This document shows, piece after piece, positions 51,001 through 59,486 of a DNA stretch of 64,000 nucleotides (its first letter is position 1; each line of letters opens with the position of its first letter). The stretch covers positions 124,001 through 188,000 of the IMG/VR virus record IMGVR_UViG_3300042010_000106. The stretch is one strand, 5' to 3'. The translations under genes were made by a program, and so were the position numbers. Under the pieces are notes generated by a model. That model saw nothing but the letters and a program-made list of their open reading frames with translations, was not told where the DNA came from and searched no databases.

Positions 51001-51168
51001 AAAGATTGCCGGTGTGCTTGCCTTGATATCGCGAATTTCTTGCAGTTCTTTCAGCGGGGCGCGCACGTCCTGTGTGTAGAATTCTTCCAACGCATGCAGA
51101 AAAGATCCCCACAAAGGTTCCTGACGAATGAACTCTACGTCCAAATCGTCAAATGTGATTCTATTCAT
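48025..51168 (-). CDS. Baseplate wedge protein with tandem Ig-like repeats
   Basis: GGAG RBS before ATG 51168; about seven LxIxG..YxATAxYSxG..PxW repeats; N-term LWT/YKTTH..APIN wedge motifs. Confidence 0.75.
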   Translation of the reverse strand: MNRITFDDLDVEFIRQEPLWGSFLHALEEFYTQDVRAPLKELQEIRDIKASTPAIFVQQALQDMGITIPQDMIVEPERLFNSVYMIPLLHQVLGLESAYRAISFVLGRRVVVRDLYTEDYADFYETPFGALRIDGGTWYKTTHIVLEMQKVADDQEMSLPEGTTLKDRFLSAFYQLAPINIVVDQFFFLIEVENTEDFGIYGFVYKQPVRRLIADPEYVFENVDMHIVGPDEIDNNESADFGVMTAKGAVAVVSKWTTSHPQQVVFNGNTISFSGFDTDTLVTINATVKGLIYTKNVTVRRGMVDVSLVEIHGPDSLKGGEAGDYMLIAHTADGAVEIKGDIKVTSPYASMIGGQLVVKTLPSNQEAGLYVEIKIGGVKYVGAKLVKLIWVDPNTHLTGFVIGGDTDLEESSHYPFTATAFYSDNTSAQVLAVWETNSPAVIVDNGDVYTKIVHGVTDVEIKATHSYRGLTMTAYKDVKVSPKFLTVAALEILGPQELLEEQKGQYTCIATFSNGQKTVITPAWFTTAYSISENGLLNTGLVMDFLDIEIRATFEDQIVVYPVTVRRAPVVLQSLMVSGQNTVREGTAAQYDAYVQYSNGNVLKVEPTWDLETPVDWATIVDGELVVSNPQDSTVSVLAKYDVSGRTISQAKTVVVVGASNNITGLFITGANEVNSRERIILTATAVYEDGSFATVNPVWEVYTEDANAEFIAADVAGYGVIQGRSVDEDMKVIVKATYFQEVAEYPITVKYVMQKGPDVPVSSRIIGNAVMYSTQIASFSQAILFKQCTAELLVSSDWTVDNEDVRVDENGFVTALVNGDITFVLTAVWSCGGYTVTDSMVVTVIPLDAQYIGLGIIGVDTINLGETQRFSAEVYTSDVGINPGQGKIVTAQWQVLTDLNNVQIGDNGDLRVGGPVVNQTITLAATYTVDNERVEGTKQIRVLGSSPFYGDAPLNVPIDNLFASQLMIVNNTITENFEEYGWLVYPAVFGPAKVLSNGSEGDWQGNTESGDPQVIRRETNGISFDWYVYRTKTAALGPKVYEVVFS

Positions 51169-52621
51169 CAGAACGCTCCGAAATAACGGTGTCAATTTGC
51201 GGTGCAGATTGCAGAGCGCAATAAGTCGTCGGGTCATCCAGCACAACCGACGTTTCCAACGGACTCAAAACTTCTACGTAATCGACGCCTTCAACCTGAC
51301 ATGCTTTCCAGATATCCGACTTGGAAATACGGCGCTTCAGAACACCCGGACGCTTCTTGAAAAGCTTCAGAATATTCTCGTTAATCTGCGCTTTGATTTC
51401 CCCTTCCTTGTGTGCAGCCCAACCGAAGATCGCAATGGAAACACGCACGTAAACGAATACCTTTTCAGCGTTCCACGTTTGGATTTCAAGACGGTCATGC
51501 AGTTGTGGGTGAATCCATTCGCGGAATTGTTCCCACGTTGCAGACTTCGGATTAGGATTGCGGGAACCCCACGTGTCTGTCTTTTCAGGCAGCACGCAAA
51601 GACGCGTTGTGTTCATCCAAGTTTTGTCGTCTGGCGCGATATCACGTTGGCCTAATACAGCACAGTCAGCCACACCCGGATAACCGAGAATTGCAGCGCG
51701 AATTTCTTCACCAGAAATCTTTTTGTTGCGACTGCGAAACATCACAGGGCCGTACTGGCGATAATACGAAGCTTCTTTCTGTGCAGCGCCGCCCGTGGTG
51801 GTTTCAGCCGTTTGGCCTTGCACCAATGGATAATCGACATAAACGGTTTTAACACCGGTCAGAATGTCGTTGTGCAAATCGCCTTCAGAGTAAATATAAC
51901 GAACTGTCAGCGTGGCTTTGCGTGGCAGTGCAGCACCATAATTCCCGTCACCGAAAATCAACGACGCATCGCCATTTGCAGTGGTGCCGTGGAAGAACAC
52001 ACGATCATCTGCATTGCTTTCGAAAAGGCCGTCCGTGGTTGGGTGCCATTCGGTTACGTTGCCAGTGTTTTTGTCGGTTGTGTAAACCAGCAAATCAGAG
52101 GTAACGACGAAACCCGGCTCGCCCAAAATGAATTCGAAAAGCGCGGTGTTTGCAATCAAATCAAGGTCGAATGTTTTGGTGCGCACTTCACCTTGCAGCA
52201 TGTCAGCAGCAGTCGTGCCACCGGGCGTAACGAAATACTGTTTCGGGTTGTAGAAACTTACGCTATCCACTTTGTGCTGCGAATACGGCGGAACAAAAAT
52301 CGTGGTCGGATAATTGTTGTTCATGTTGACGGTACAGGCAGCAGATTTGCGGCGCTCAAGGAAAATGCCTTGGCCGCGTGCGATTGCAAAGATTGCAGAA
52401 TCGCGACGTGCTGTTTTGTAGAAGGCGTTCCGTGCACTCACTTGAATATTATGCTGGTGCCCGATTGCCATACCGGCAAAAATACGTTTGATGAACGCGC
52501 CAACCGTAGTCGGCAGCATGTCATTCCAAGTACCTTCTTCGCGCAGCTTTTCATCGAAATGTTGAGCCGCTTCGCTGAGGTCGGAAATCGTTATTGGGAA
52601 TTCTTCACGCATCGAATTCAT
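51161..52621 (-). CDS. Baseplate wedge subunit (T4 gp6/baseplate-J-like)
   Basis: TARRDSAIFAIA, LIFGDGNYG..P, TVRYIYSEG, TTGGA. Confidence 0.85.
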   Translation of the reverse strand: MNSMREEFPITISDLSEAAQHFDEKLREEGTWNDMLPTTVGAFIKRIFAGMAIGHQHNIQVSARNAFYKTARRDSAIFAIARGQGIFLERRKSAACTVNMNNNYPTTIFVPPYSQHKVDSVSFYNPKQYFVTPGGTTAADMLQGEVRTKTFDLDLIANTALFEFILGEPGFVVTSDLLVYTTDKNTGNVTEWHPTTDGLFESNADDRVFFHGTTANGDASLIFGDGNYGAALPRKATLTVRYIYSEGDLHNDILTGVKTVYVDYPLVQGQTAETTTGGAAQKEASYYRQYGPVMFRSRNKKISGEEIRAAILGYPGVADCAVLGQRDIAPDDKTWMNTTRLCVLPEKTDTWGSRNPNPKSATWEQFREWIHPQLHDRLEIQTWNAEKVFVYVRVSIAIFGWAAHKEGEIKAQINENILKLFKKRPGVLKRRISKSDIWKACQVEGVDYVEVLSPLETSVVLDDPTTYCALQSAPQIDTVISERSDE

Positions 52622-53001
52622 GGCCCCATATTAAAAATAAAGTGAATTTTACGCCCGTCTAATCCCGGCGCTTCGTACCCGATGTCAACGTAATAGTCTT
52701 GTGCATCAGGGTTTGCCAATACGCGGCAGCTTGTTACCTTCACGCGCAATTCACCGTGACGCGGCAGAATTGTCATGATTTCTCGCTGAATTTTCAACGC
52801 TGTTAAATCGTCAATTGGATCGAACAGCAATTGCATGATGATGCAACCAATACCCGGATCAAACCACGCAGAACGAATCGGCGTCATCATGATCAACAGA
52901 ATGTTTTGGTTAATTGCATCCTCTTCGTAAACGAGTGCGCTAGGCAAACGGCCAGCGTTTAGATTGATGTCGCTGTACCGATATGTTTTAACCGTTGCCA
53001 T
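52618..53001 (-). CDS. Baseplate wedge protein gp25-like
   Basis: YSDINL..AINQNI..T..FDPGIGC..LLFDP. Confidence 0.85.
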   Translation of the reverse strand: MATVKTYRYSDINLNAGRLPSALVYEEDAINQNILLIMMTPIRSAWFDPGIGCIIMQLLFDPIDDLTALKIQREIMTILPRHGELRVKVTSCRVLANPDAQDYYVDIGYEAPGLDGRKIHFIFNMGP

Positions 53002-53004
53002 GAT

Positions 53005-53298
53005 TTACCCCGAAAATGTATCAGGACTGCCATTGCTCGCGAAGTCGCCGCAATCAATCGAACCGCCCGCCGTGTGAACCAATCGTTTATTTGTGTATGT
53101 CTTTGTCGCACCGGTTAAAGCCATTCCGGTATGCGCGCCTTTGCCGGGGCACAGGTGGGGAATGTAATTGTCGCCTACCCGAACCTCTGCCTTGCCATTG
53201 CAAAACACGTTGATAGACGCAGCAGCGGGCAACGTAGGAGGCCAGCAGCCGTGGCCGGTGGTTTGGTCGGTACTCAAGCGAATGTTAGGTGCGCCCAT
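53005..53298 (-). CDS. PAAR-like spike tip protein
   Basis: DQTTGHGCWPP..VFCNG..RVGD..H.C..H..IDCG..GS; GGAG RBS. Confidence 0.85.
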   Translation of the reverse strand: MGAPNIRLSTDQTTGHGCWPPTLPAAASINVFCNGKAEVRVGDNYIPHLCPGKGAHTGMALTGATKTYTNKRLVHTAGGSIDCGDFASNGSPDTFSG

Positions 53299-53341
53299 GA
53301 CAGCTCCGAAAACTGTAAAGTGAGTGTGAGGTTCATACCAG

Positions 53342-53350
53342 TAAATTACG
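53342..53350 (-). promoter_or_regulatory. CGTAATTTA candidate late promoter
   Basis: In the 73-bp divergent gap heading the entire baseplate operon. Confidence 0.6.
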
Positions 53351-53371
53351 CTGTTCTTTAGGTGATTATTC

Positions 53372-55159
53372 ATGACTGATTCAAAAGTAAACATTCCAGC
53401 CGACTATTTCCGTACTGAAGGCGAAGTACCAAATGCGGAAAGCAAACAAAGTTTTGCATCGTTGTTCGAACAGGTTGTGGGCGAAGGTGCTATTCCGCCT
53501 AGTCTCGAAATGCCTGATCACGTTGTCGTTGGTACTGAATACGCTATCGACTTGGGCGACCAAACGTTGGCAGACGGCACACCTTTGAAGGTGGTGCGTA
53601 CAACGGTTGATACGATGCTGGCGAAAAGCAGTTTGAGTCCGGGCATTTCGATTGCGGAAAACCACGACAATGTTCAAGGTATGCGCCGTCTTTCACATAG
53701 TGCGCGTATCAACATGCTGAATGAAAAGGATCGCGAAAACTTCGACGAAGTTATGACGTATATGCGCGAAGACAATCGCACACAAAGCCACATTCAACGT
53801 GTGCAAGAATCGTTGCTGGATAAAGCAGGCATTCCAACTTTCTATTCCGTCGAAGAACGTCCGCAACCGATGGAAATGTGGGGCCATTGGTTCAATCCAG
53901 TTACAGGCGAACGTGTTGATAATCCGAACGTTACCTATCGTCGGCATGAATTGGTGAACAATCAGTTTGATCGTCAATACAATGCGAACCTGCTCGACAT
54001 TTTGCAGACAGGTGAACCACGTTTGGATCGTACCGGCATCGGCACATTGATGAAGTTCGGTACGGTTCAACACCACATTGATTTGCGTGAAGGTTTCCCG
54101 GCAACTACCGGCAAGAAATTCGCGTTTGAAACAATGAAAAAAGAAACGATCAAATGGATGCTTGAAGGCAAGTTTGATTTGAAGTCCCTGAAGGATATGG
54201 GCGTCCGCATTTGGGATCAAAACGTAAAGGCTGGCACCGAAGTTTACGGTGAAATGCTCACGTGGGCGGATCGCATTCGCATGCTGACGCCGGGTCAATT
54301 GAAATCGTTCACCGATTACAAAGAAACATACTTTGAACGCGACGATGCAACCGAAAGCGGCTGGCTCGATTACGCAGAAATGAAACTGAACAATTGGGGC
54401 GTTCCTGACCGCGCTTTGATTGACGGTGATTTGGGGCCAATCTACGGTAAGCAATGGCGCGCATGGGAAGACATTCGCATTGTTGATATTGAGGATTGGG
54501 CAGAGAATTGGAAATCGTACCGCGACCGTGGCTTCGATGCGTTTCCAGAAGGCTATTTCGAATACGATGATCGACAGCATGATCGTCCTGTTCGTACACA
54601 CGCAATCATCAAACGTGAAATTGATCAGATTGCAAACATCGAAATCGCCATTCAAAACGAACTGAAATTTCACAATGGCGAAATCTACAAGCACAGCGAA
54701 GGCCGTCGAATTATTCTGACCGGGTGGAACGTTGCGCAGCTCGACGAAATGTCTTTGCCTCCTTGCCACACACTGGCGCAATGGTCGGTATCGCAAACCA
54801 AAGACGAAAACGGTCGCAATTATCTGGATTGTGAATTGTACCAACGCAGCAACGATATGTTTTTGGGTTGCCCGTTCAACGTTGCACAATACGCATTGAT
54901 TACCGAAATGCTCGCACACGCTCACGGCATGACAGCGCGTTGGTTGCACCACACAATCGGTGATGCGCACATTTACCAGAATCACATTGAAGGCGATGAT
55001 GGCGTGAAAGCTTTGCTGCAACGTCCAATCATTCACAACAGTCCGCGTCTGCATATTGCCGGTGAACACACGTCGATTCTCGATATCAAAATTGAGGATG
55101 TCACCATGTCCGGCTACGAAAGCCATCCGCCGTTTGTAGGCGTCCCAATCGCCAAGTGA
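53372..55159 (+). CDS. thyA: Thymidylate synthase with N-terminal extension and insertions
   Basis: DRTGIGT, DLGPIYGKQWR, LPPCH, YQRSNDMFLGCPFN, GDAHIYQNH. Confidence 0.95.
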   Translation: MTDSKVNIPADYFRTEGEVPNAESKQSFASLFEQVVGEGAIPPSLEMPDHVVVGTEYAIDLGDQTLADGTPLKVVRTTVDTMLAKSSLSPGISIAENHDNVQGMRRLSHSARINMLNEKDRENFDEVMTYMREDNRTQSHIQRVQESLLDKAGIPTFYSVEERPQPMEMWGHWFNPVTGERVDNPNVTYRRHELVNNQFDRQYNANLLDILQTGEPRLDRTGIGTLMKFGTVQHHIDLREGFPATTGKKFAFETMKKETIKWMLEGKFDLKSLKDMGVRIWDQNVKAGTEVYGEMLTWADRIRMLTPGQLKSFTDYKETYFERDDATESGWLDYAEMKLNNWGVPDRALIDGDLGPIYGKQWRAWEDIRIVDIEDWAENWKSYRDRGFDAFPEGYFEYDDRQHDRPVRTHAIIKREIDQIANIEIAIQNELKFHNGEIYKHSEGRRIILTGWNVAQLDEMSLPPCHTLAQWSVSQTKDENGRNYLDCELYQRSNDMFLGCPFNVAQYALITEMLAHAHGMTARWLHHTIGDAHIYQNHIEGDDGVKALLQRPIIHNSPRLHIAGEHTSILDIKIEDVTMSGYESHPPFVGVPIAK

Positions 55160-55552
55160 GTGCCTATGCAATTCCCAAAAGAAATCGCTTTTGCTGACAT
55201 TGTGACCGCACTATATTCGCATATGATGGCGGAAGCAGACTTTAGCCATCGTGGTAGTCACGGCAGATTCCACAACATGCACGAAGCAATGAAAGCCAGT
55301 AATCACGACGAAGTTTGGGAAATTGCTAAAGCCTTTGCAGACGCCGACCCATTCGCTTTGTGGACTGAACGTAAAACCATTCGTGATCTTTTTGAAATCG
55401 GTGAAAAGTGCTTCGGTTTGTGCGAGCTTGGTTTCGCACAAATCACGCGAAAAGGTTACATATTCAAGTCGTTCGAATATACCGAACACATGGACAAGGA
55501 AATGATCGTTGTTAAAAGTGGGAAGCACGTAAATGAAAAAGCTACTGCTTAG
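55160..55552 (+). CDS. Hypothetical protein
   Basis: Operon packing. Confidence 0.65.
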   Translation: MPMQFPKEIAFADIVTALYSHMMAEADFSHRGSHGRFHNMHEAMKASNHDEVWEIAKAFADADPFALWTERKTIRDLFEIGEKCFGLCELGFAQITRKGYIFKSFEYTEHMDKEMIVVKSGKHVNEKATA

Positions 55553-55946
55553 GTGGTGGCCGTTGTGGGTATGGGTCGCTTCGGTGGCCCTTATCCTTTT
55601 GGCAGCTCCATACGTTCCGTTCAAACTGTTTCAATTTCTGTTCCTGTTTTGGATATGTGTTTCTATCGTCGGTTTCATTCCTGTAGGTGCAAGCCTGCTA
55701 ACTGACATCGAAGACACGCTGCGCAGAAAGCAGGTTGAACCGCCGTTCATAGGCCCGCGTATCCGTCGAGAATTCGATTGGAAACGCATGCGTATGGTCG
55801 AGATAGACACGCAGCCGGAAATCTGTAAAGGACTACAAGACATCCACAAAACATTAGATGATTGCCACGCCAGCCTTGATCGTACGATTGAGTTAGTGCG
55901 TGAAACCAATCGTATTAAAAGGGAATTGTATGACAGCAACCCATGA
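55533..55946 (+). CDS. Membrane protein (2 TM) with coiled-coil tail
   Basis: Two hydrophobic segments. Confidence 0.65.
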   Translation: MKKLLLRWWPLWVWVASVALILLAAPYVPFKLFQFLFLFWICVSIVGFIPVGASLLTDIEDTLRRKQVEPPFIGPRIRREFDWKRMRMVEIDTQPEICKGLQDIHKTLDDCHASLDRTIELVRETNRIKRELYDSNP

Positions 55947-56274
55947 AACGTACATGTTTTCTAGCCTGAAAGGAAAGCGTGAAGAATGGTCGCCACCGCT
56001 CACGCTAACCGTTGCTGAATTTTGGGAACGTGTGCGCGTTTGCCATGCAGTGTTTATTCCAATTGCTTACTGGCGTGTGCTGATTCGACAGGACAATATT
56101 ATTCACATGGTTGCAGGCGGTGTTATGCGTGCGTCTTGCGAATACCCTGTCGGCGTGAAGAATGGCGTTCACATTTATTCCGATGCTTTCACCGGCGTTG
56201 ACGTTAAAGGCTTCGGCAATCCAATTATTTTGGTACATCCATACCAGTCACCAGCTTTCGAGGATATTACATGA
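55930..56274 (+). CDS. Small protein resembling an HK97-fold capsid A-domain
   Basis: AVFIPIAYWRVLI..VGVKNGVHIYSDAF. Confidence 0.5.
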   Translation: MTATHETYMFSSLKGKREEWSPPLTLTVAEFWERVRVCHAVFIPIAYWRVLIRQDNIIHMVAGGVMRASCEYPVGVKNGVHIYSDAFTGVDVKGFGNPIILVHPYQSPAFEDIT

Positions 56275-56987
56275 GCCTCACAACCGATTTAGAAATCTTC
56301 AGCCCCACCGATTTGGTGCGTTTGTCTGAAGGTGCTGAAAAGATTTTCATGCCGCGTGTGCAGTTCGACGTTTACATAAAAGTTGATTCAATTCGCGGTT
56401 TGTTCGAACCGTACCAGCATGAAACCATTCCCGGCCCATCGTGGAAATTCAACGGTGTGCATATCGCAATTGACGACGTATTTCTCGACGAAGGTGAACC
56501 AATCATCACGTCGTTTAAATACCCGAACTTTGTGGAGCCGAAACGCGATTATCCGTACAGCATTCACAAGCAAACGATTCCACACGTGCCGAGCATGGGC
56601 CTGTATGGCGATTGCCACCGCGTTGTAATTGCGTGCATGCTGAATAAGCGTCCTGAAGAGGTTCCGCATTTCCACGAAGGTTTACCGCCTGTGCCTGAAA
56701 GCGGTGAAGAATTCGAACGTCGTGTGGATGAATACCTTGCCACGCAAAACCTTCAGCAATTTCAGGTTCGCTATCAAGACAATTTGCGTGTGCGTGATGT
56801 TCTGCGCGAAAGCCGTGGTGCGCTCTGCATTCTCAGTGGCACCAGCGTTGGCAAAGTTGACCATAGCGTTCTGGTTCACGACAGCAAAATTGTTGTCGAT
56901 CCGAGTCCGAGCAATGTTGGTATTAACGGGCCAATGTCAAACAACTATTACAGCCTCACTTTCCTGATCCCCAAACGGTACAGCTAA
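56271..56987 (+). CDS. Capsid-A-domain-like module fused to a papain/C39-like peptidase domain
   Basis: KIFMP..FNGVHIAIDD, then KQT..GDCHRVVIACML..EVPHF..DHSVL..VDPSP. Confidence 0.55.
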   Translation: MSLTTDLEIFSPTDLVRLSEGAEKIFMPRVQFDVYIKVDSIRGLFEPYQHETIPGPSWKFNGVHIAIDDVFLDEGEPIITSFKYPNFVEPKRDYPYSIHKQTIPHVPSMGLYGDCHRVVIACMLNKRPEEVPHFHEGLPPVPESGEEFERRVDEYLATQNLQQFQVRYQDNLRVRDVLRESRGALCILSGTSVGKVDHSVLVHDSKIVVDPSPSNVGINGPMSNNYYSLTFLIPKRYS

Positions 56988-57371
56988 ATGGAACAATTCG
57001 ATACTGATTCGTTGAACCGTGCGTATATGAGTACGCTGCGTGCGCTGTTTCGAATTGAAGTCCCATCGTTTGTTGCACCGGGTAAAGGTATCGAAACACT
57101 GCGTGAAAATCTCGGCTGTTTTCTTCGTGCCCAAGGTATCGAAGCGCGCCGGGTTGAAATGCCCAACCTGAAGAAAGCTTTGCGTTATACAAAGCATGGT
57201 GCAGGCGTTTTGGAATGCACAATGGTTAACGATTTAACCTATGGCGCTATCAGCTTTGACGGGCAATTCTATGAGCATGGCAGCGCCGCAGGTTTCCACA
57301 AATACGCCGCACGCAAATACACGTGCGTTACCTTCCACAAGCAAGCAACGACAGGCACATACAATGCGTGA
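56988..57371 (+). CDS. Hypothetical protein, possible degenerate C39-like paralogue
   Basis: EVPSF and similar strand order, but no catalytic Cys/His. Confidence 0.55.
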   Translation: MEQFDTDSLNRAYMSTLRALFRIEVPSFVAPGKGIETLRENLGCFLRAQGIEARRVEMPNLKKALRYTKHGAGVLECTMVNDLTYGAISFDGQFYEHGSAAGFHKYAARKYTCVTFHKQATTGTYNA

Positions 57372-57780
57372 ATTTCATCGTGTTATTTCGGCATTCCCCG
57401 GCGTAGGTAAATCCAAAGCTGTAGAGATTGTGCCGAACCTGATCGACCTCGATTTGCCGGGTATTCCAATGGGTGAATACATCGACAAAATCAACGATCA
57501 TTTGAGCAACGATATGCGTGTGCTGGTGCCATCGTGGGAAACTCTGCGCGTGGCTATGCGTGACGCTGGGATTATCTATTCCCTCGTTTATCCGCAGCGT
57601 GATTTAAAAGCCGATTACATGATGCGTTACATTCGTCGCGGTTCGGATGAAAAGTTTCTGAATACTTTGAACAATCGTTGGGATGCGTTCATTGATTCCT
57701 GCATTGCCGATCCAATCGACGACCATTTGGTTCTCAAACAATCGCAAGCCTACCTTTCGGACTTCTTCATCTATGAATGA
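57364..57780 (+). CDS. Small P-loop NTPase/nucleotide-kinase-like protein
   Basis: VISAFPGVGKS, IDLD, LVYP..Y..RY..RG. Confidence 0.75.
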   Translation: MREFHRVISAFPGVGKSKAVEIVPNLIDLDLPGIPMGEYIDKINDHLSNDMRVLVPSWETLRVAMRDAGIIYSLVYPQRDLKADYMMRYIRRGSDEKFLNTLNNRWDAFIDSCIADPIDDHLVLKQSQAYLSDFFIYE

Positions 57781-58279
57781 CATTAGCGCAATTGCTTTTC
57801 CAACCGCAGAAGAACGGGCGCAGCGCGTGCGCGACGAATTCAACGCTGATTTCAAAAAGCGTTGGAAAGCCAAAGGCGATTGCGGCGAATTCACCAGCGA
57901 TATTTGGGCATGGCAGGAAATGCTTGAACAATCGGGTTGGGAAATCCAACTGTACGCACGGCACATTGCAGTGTTCACAACGTTCGTGGATTTCGATGCA
58001 AAGTTGATCGTCAATAACAATCCGAAAGCGTTCCATGCGCAGGGTGCGTTGCGCGAAATCGTTGATTGTATCTTTGCCGATGCAAAAGGCCGGTGGCTGT
58101 TCTATTGGGAAGAGGTTCACGACGATGCACACCGCCACGTGCGTGATGGCGACGAATACAAAGACTCCCCGTATTACATGACTGTTTGGTACAGCATGGA
58201 ATTGCGCGTGCGTGAAATGGCTGAAGGCGAAGACCTTCCGTTACCGTCCGCTGAAGAAATTGCGCCGGTGATGCTATGA
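57773..58279 (+). CDS. Hypothetical protein
   Basis: Operon packing. Confidence 0.65.
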   Translation: MNDISAIAFPTAEERAQRVRDEFNADFKKRWKAKGDCGEFTSDIWAWQEMLEQSGWEIQLYARHIAVFTTFVDFDAKLIVNNNPKAFHAQGALREIVDCIFADAKGRWLFYWEEVHDDAHRHVRDGDEYKDSPYYMTVWYSMELRVREMAEGEDLPLPSAEEIAPVML

Positions 58280-58560
58280 GTAGCCGCGACCGCAGGTCAG
58301 TGTTCCTTCTGCACTTCATTTTCAACCCGGCTGAAGTTGATTTGCCGGACGGTTTCGACGACGTGTTGATTAGCCTGAACATCTGGCCCAAACACATTGG
58401 CGGAATTGAACAGAAAAAGGCGATTCTGAATCAACAGGAATTCAACATTCGCGGCACCACGTTCTATCGGAACCCACCGAACCGGAAAGAAAGTGGCACC
58501 ATCACATTTCGTTATGCACAGGGCAACAAAACCCGTGTGACAAGGGAAGAATATGATTGA
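58276..58560 (+). CDS. Hypothetical protein
   Basis: ATGA overlap. Confidence 0.6.
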   Translation: MSSRDRRSVFLLHFIFNPAEVDLPDGFDDVLISLNIWPKHIGGIEQKKAILNQQEFNIRGTTFYRNPPNRKESGTITFRYAQGNKTRVTREEYD

Positions 58561-58909
58561 TCCTCTGATCAAAGCAGCGTTGAAAGAAATGGATCGCCAA
58601 GAAATGGATTTGTTTTCGCGCCTGCATAACACCATTACCGATAACAGCTTCGCGTACAACACAATTGAGTACGTGATTCACCGCATGGAAAATGCAAAGG
58701 TAATGTTGGTGCCACATAACCATCCGCTGCGCAGGCTGATTGAAAAGCACGTGTATTTCATGCCGCTGATTCAGCCAGAAGATCCCGGCCACATTGGTAA
58801 TTGGGATGGTGTGCCTGTCGTTGTGAATGTTCACCCTACAAAACAAACCCGGTTGGCAACTGTCTACGGTTTGAATCCTGTCGGCCACCACATTTTGGGC
58901 ACGCTATGA
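58553..58909 (+). CDS. Small protein resembling a capsid spine-helix end plus A-domain
   Basis: EMDRQEMDLF..KVMLVP..GHIGNWDGVPVVV. Confidence 0.5.
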   Translation: MIDPLIKAALKEMDRQEMDLFSRLHNTITDNSFAYNTIEYVIHRMENAKVMLVPHNHPLRRLIEKHVYFMPLIQPEDPGHIGNWDGVPVVVNVHPTKQTRLATVYGLNPVGHHILGTL

Positions 58910-59229
58910 ATATCTATATCGTTAACAGTAGGGTAAACAAAGCCATTCTGTGTGGATATCTTTATGCAATTACAGACTCTACGCAATTCTCTGAATACAT
59001 AGGGCAAGAACTGCGTGGGCATCTGACCAATATCGGCGATTTTGAAACGATGGCATTTAACGGTGCTGTAGCTGCTATCGGTTGCACCAATCCGAAACGC
59101 ATTTTTAACGACCGTGATTACTACATAGATCGCGGTGATGAATACGGCGATACATCTGGCGATTTCCGTTTCTACTGTGAAGACGATTTGCCAAGCGCCT
59201 ACGATATCATTAAACCGGAGCCTATGTGA
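58906..59229 (+). CDS. Hypothetical protein (paralogue of the next gene)
   Basis: IYIVNSRVNKAILCG; TNPK. Confidence 0.6.
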   Translation: MNIYIVNSRVNKAILCGYLYAITDSTQFSEYIGQELRGHLTNIGDFETMAFNGAVAAIGCTNPKRIFNDRDYYIDRGDEYGDTSGDFRFYCEDDLPSAYDIIKPEPM

Positions 59230-59486
59230 TGCTCGTTTATGCACTCAATAAATCGGCAAACAAAGCGCTGACCATTGGCTGTCTGTTCTGGTTCGGCGCA
59301 CGTGAAATCAAAGACATGACCAATGAAGAAATTCTTCAGGTCTGCCGTCCAACTAATCCGAAATGCCGTGAAGCTTTCGACATGATGTACACCAATTTCA
59401 AATCGGATGAAATCGTGTTGAAAAACTGGTTGCCTGAGAATTGCAAAGTGATCAAAGGTTATTGGGAGACTGAACATGCTCGATAA
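59226..59486 (+). CDS. Hypothetical protein
   Basis: VYALNKSANKALTIG; TNPK. Confidence 0.6.
   Translation: MMLVYALNKSANKALTIGCLFWFGAREIKDMTNEEILQVCRPTNPKCREAFDMMYTNFKSDEIVLKNWLPENCKVIKGYWETEHAR

Noticed and set aside
51161-53298. Type VI secretion system or tailocin locus (PAAR, gp25, wedge)
   Set aside because: There are no Tss membrane-complex or ClpV genes, and the surrounding gene organisation is that of a lytic phage.
53372-55159. Possible dCMP hydroxymethylase (modified-base system) or intein in the large ThyA
   Set aside because: The specificity residue is Asn (PFN), not Asp. The inserts lack intein C/S...HN ends and homing-endonuclease motifs.
53693-55171. 492-aa antisense ORF over thyA, and similar long antisense ORFs (15801..17087, 27079..28353, 36380..37783, 49450..50694, 7543..8637)
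   Set aside because: They are shadows of real genes, explained by scarcity of TTA/CTA/TCA codons on the sense strand. They have no recognisable motifs.
58906-59229. Fourth member of the capsid-A-domain-like family
   Set aside because: It lacks the strand-Pro and GVxI motif, and it aligns better with the neighbouring 59226 gene.
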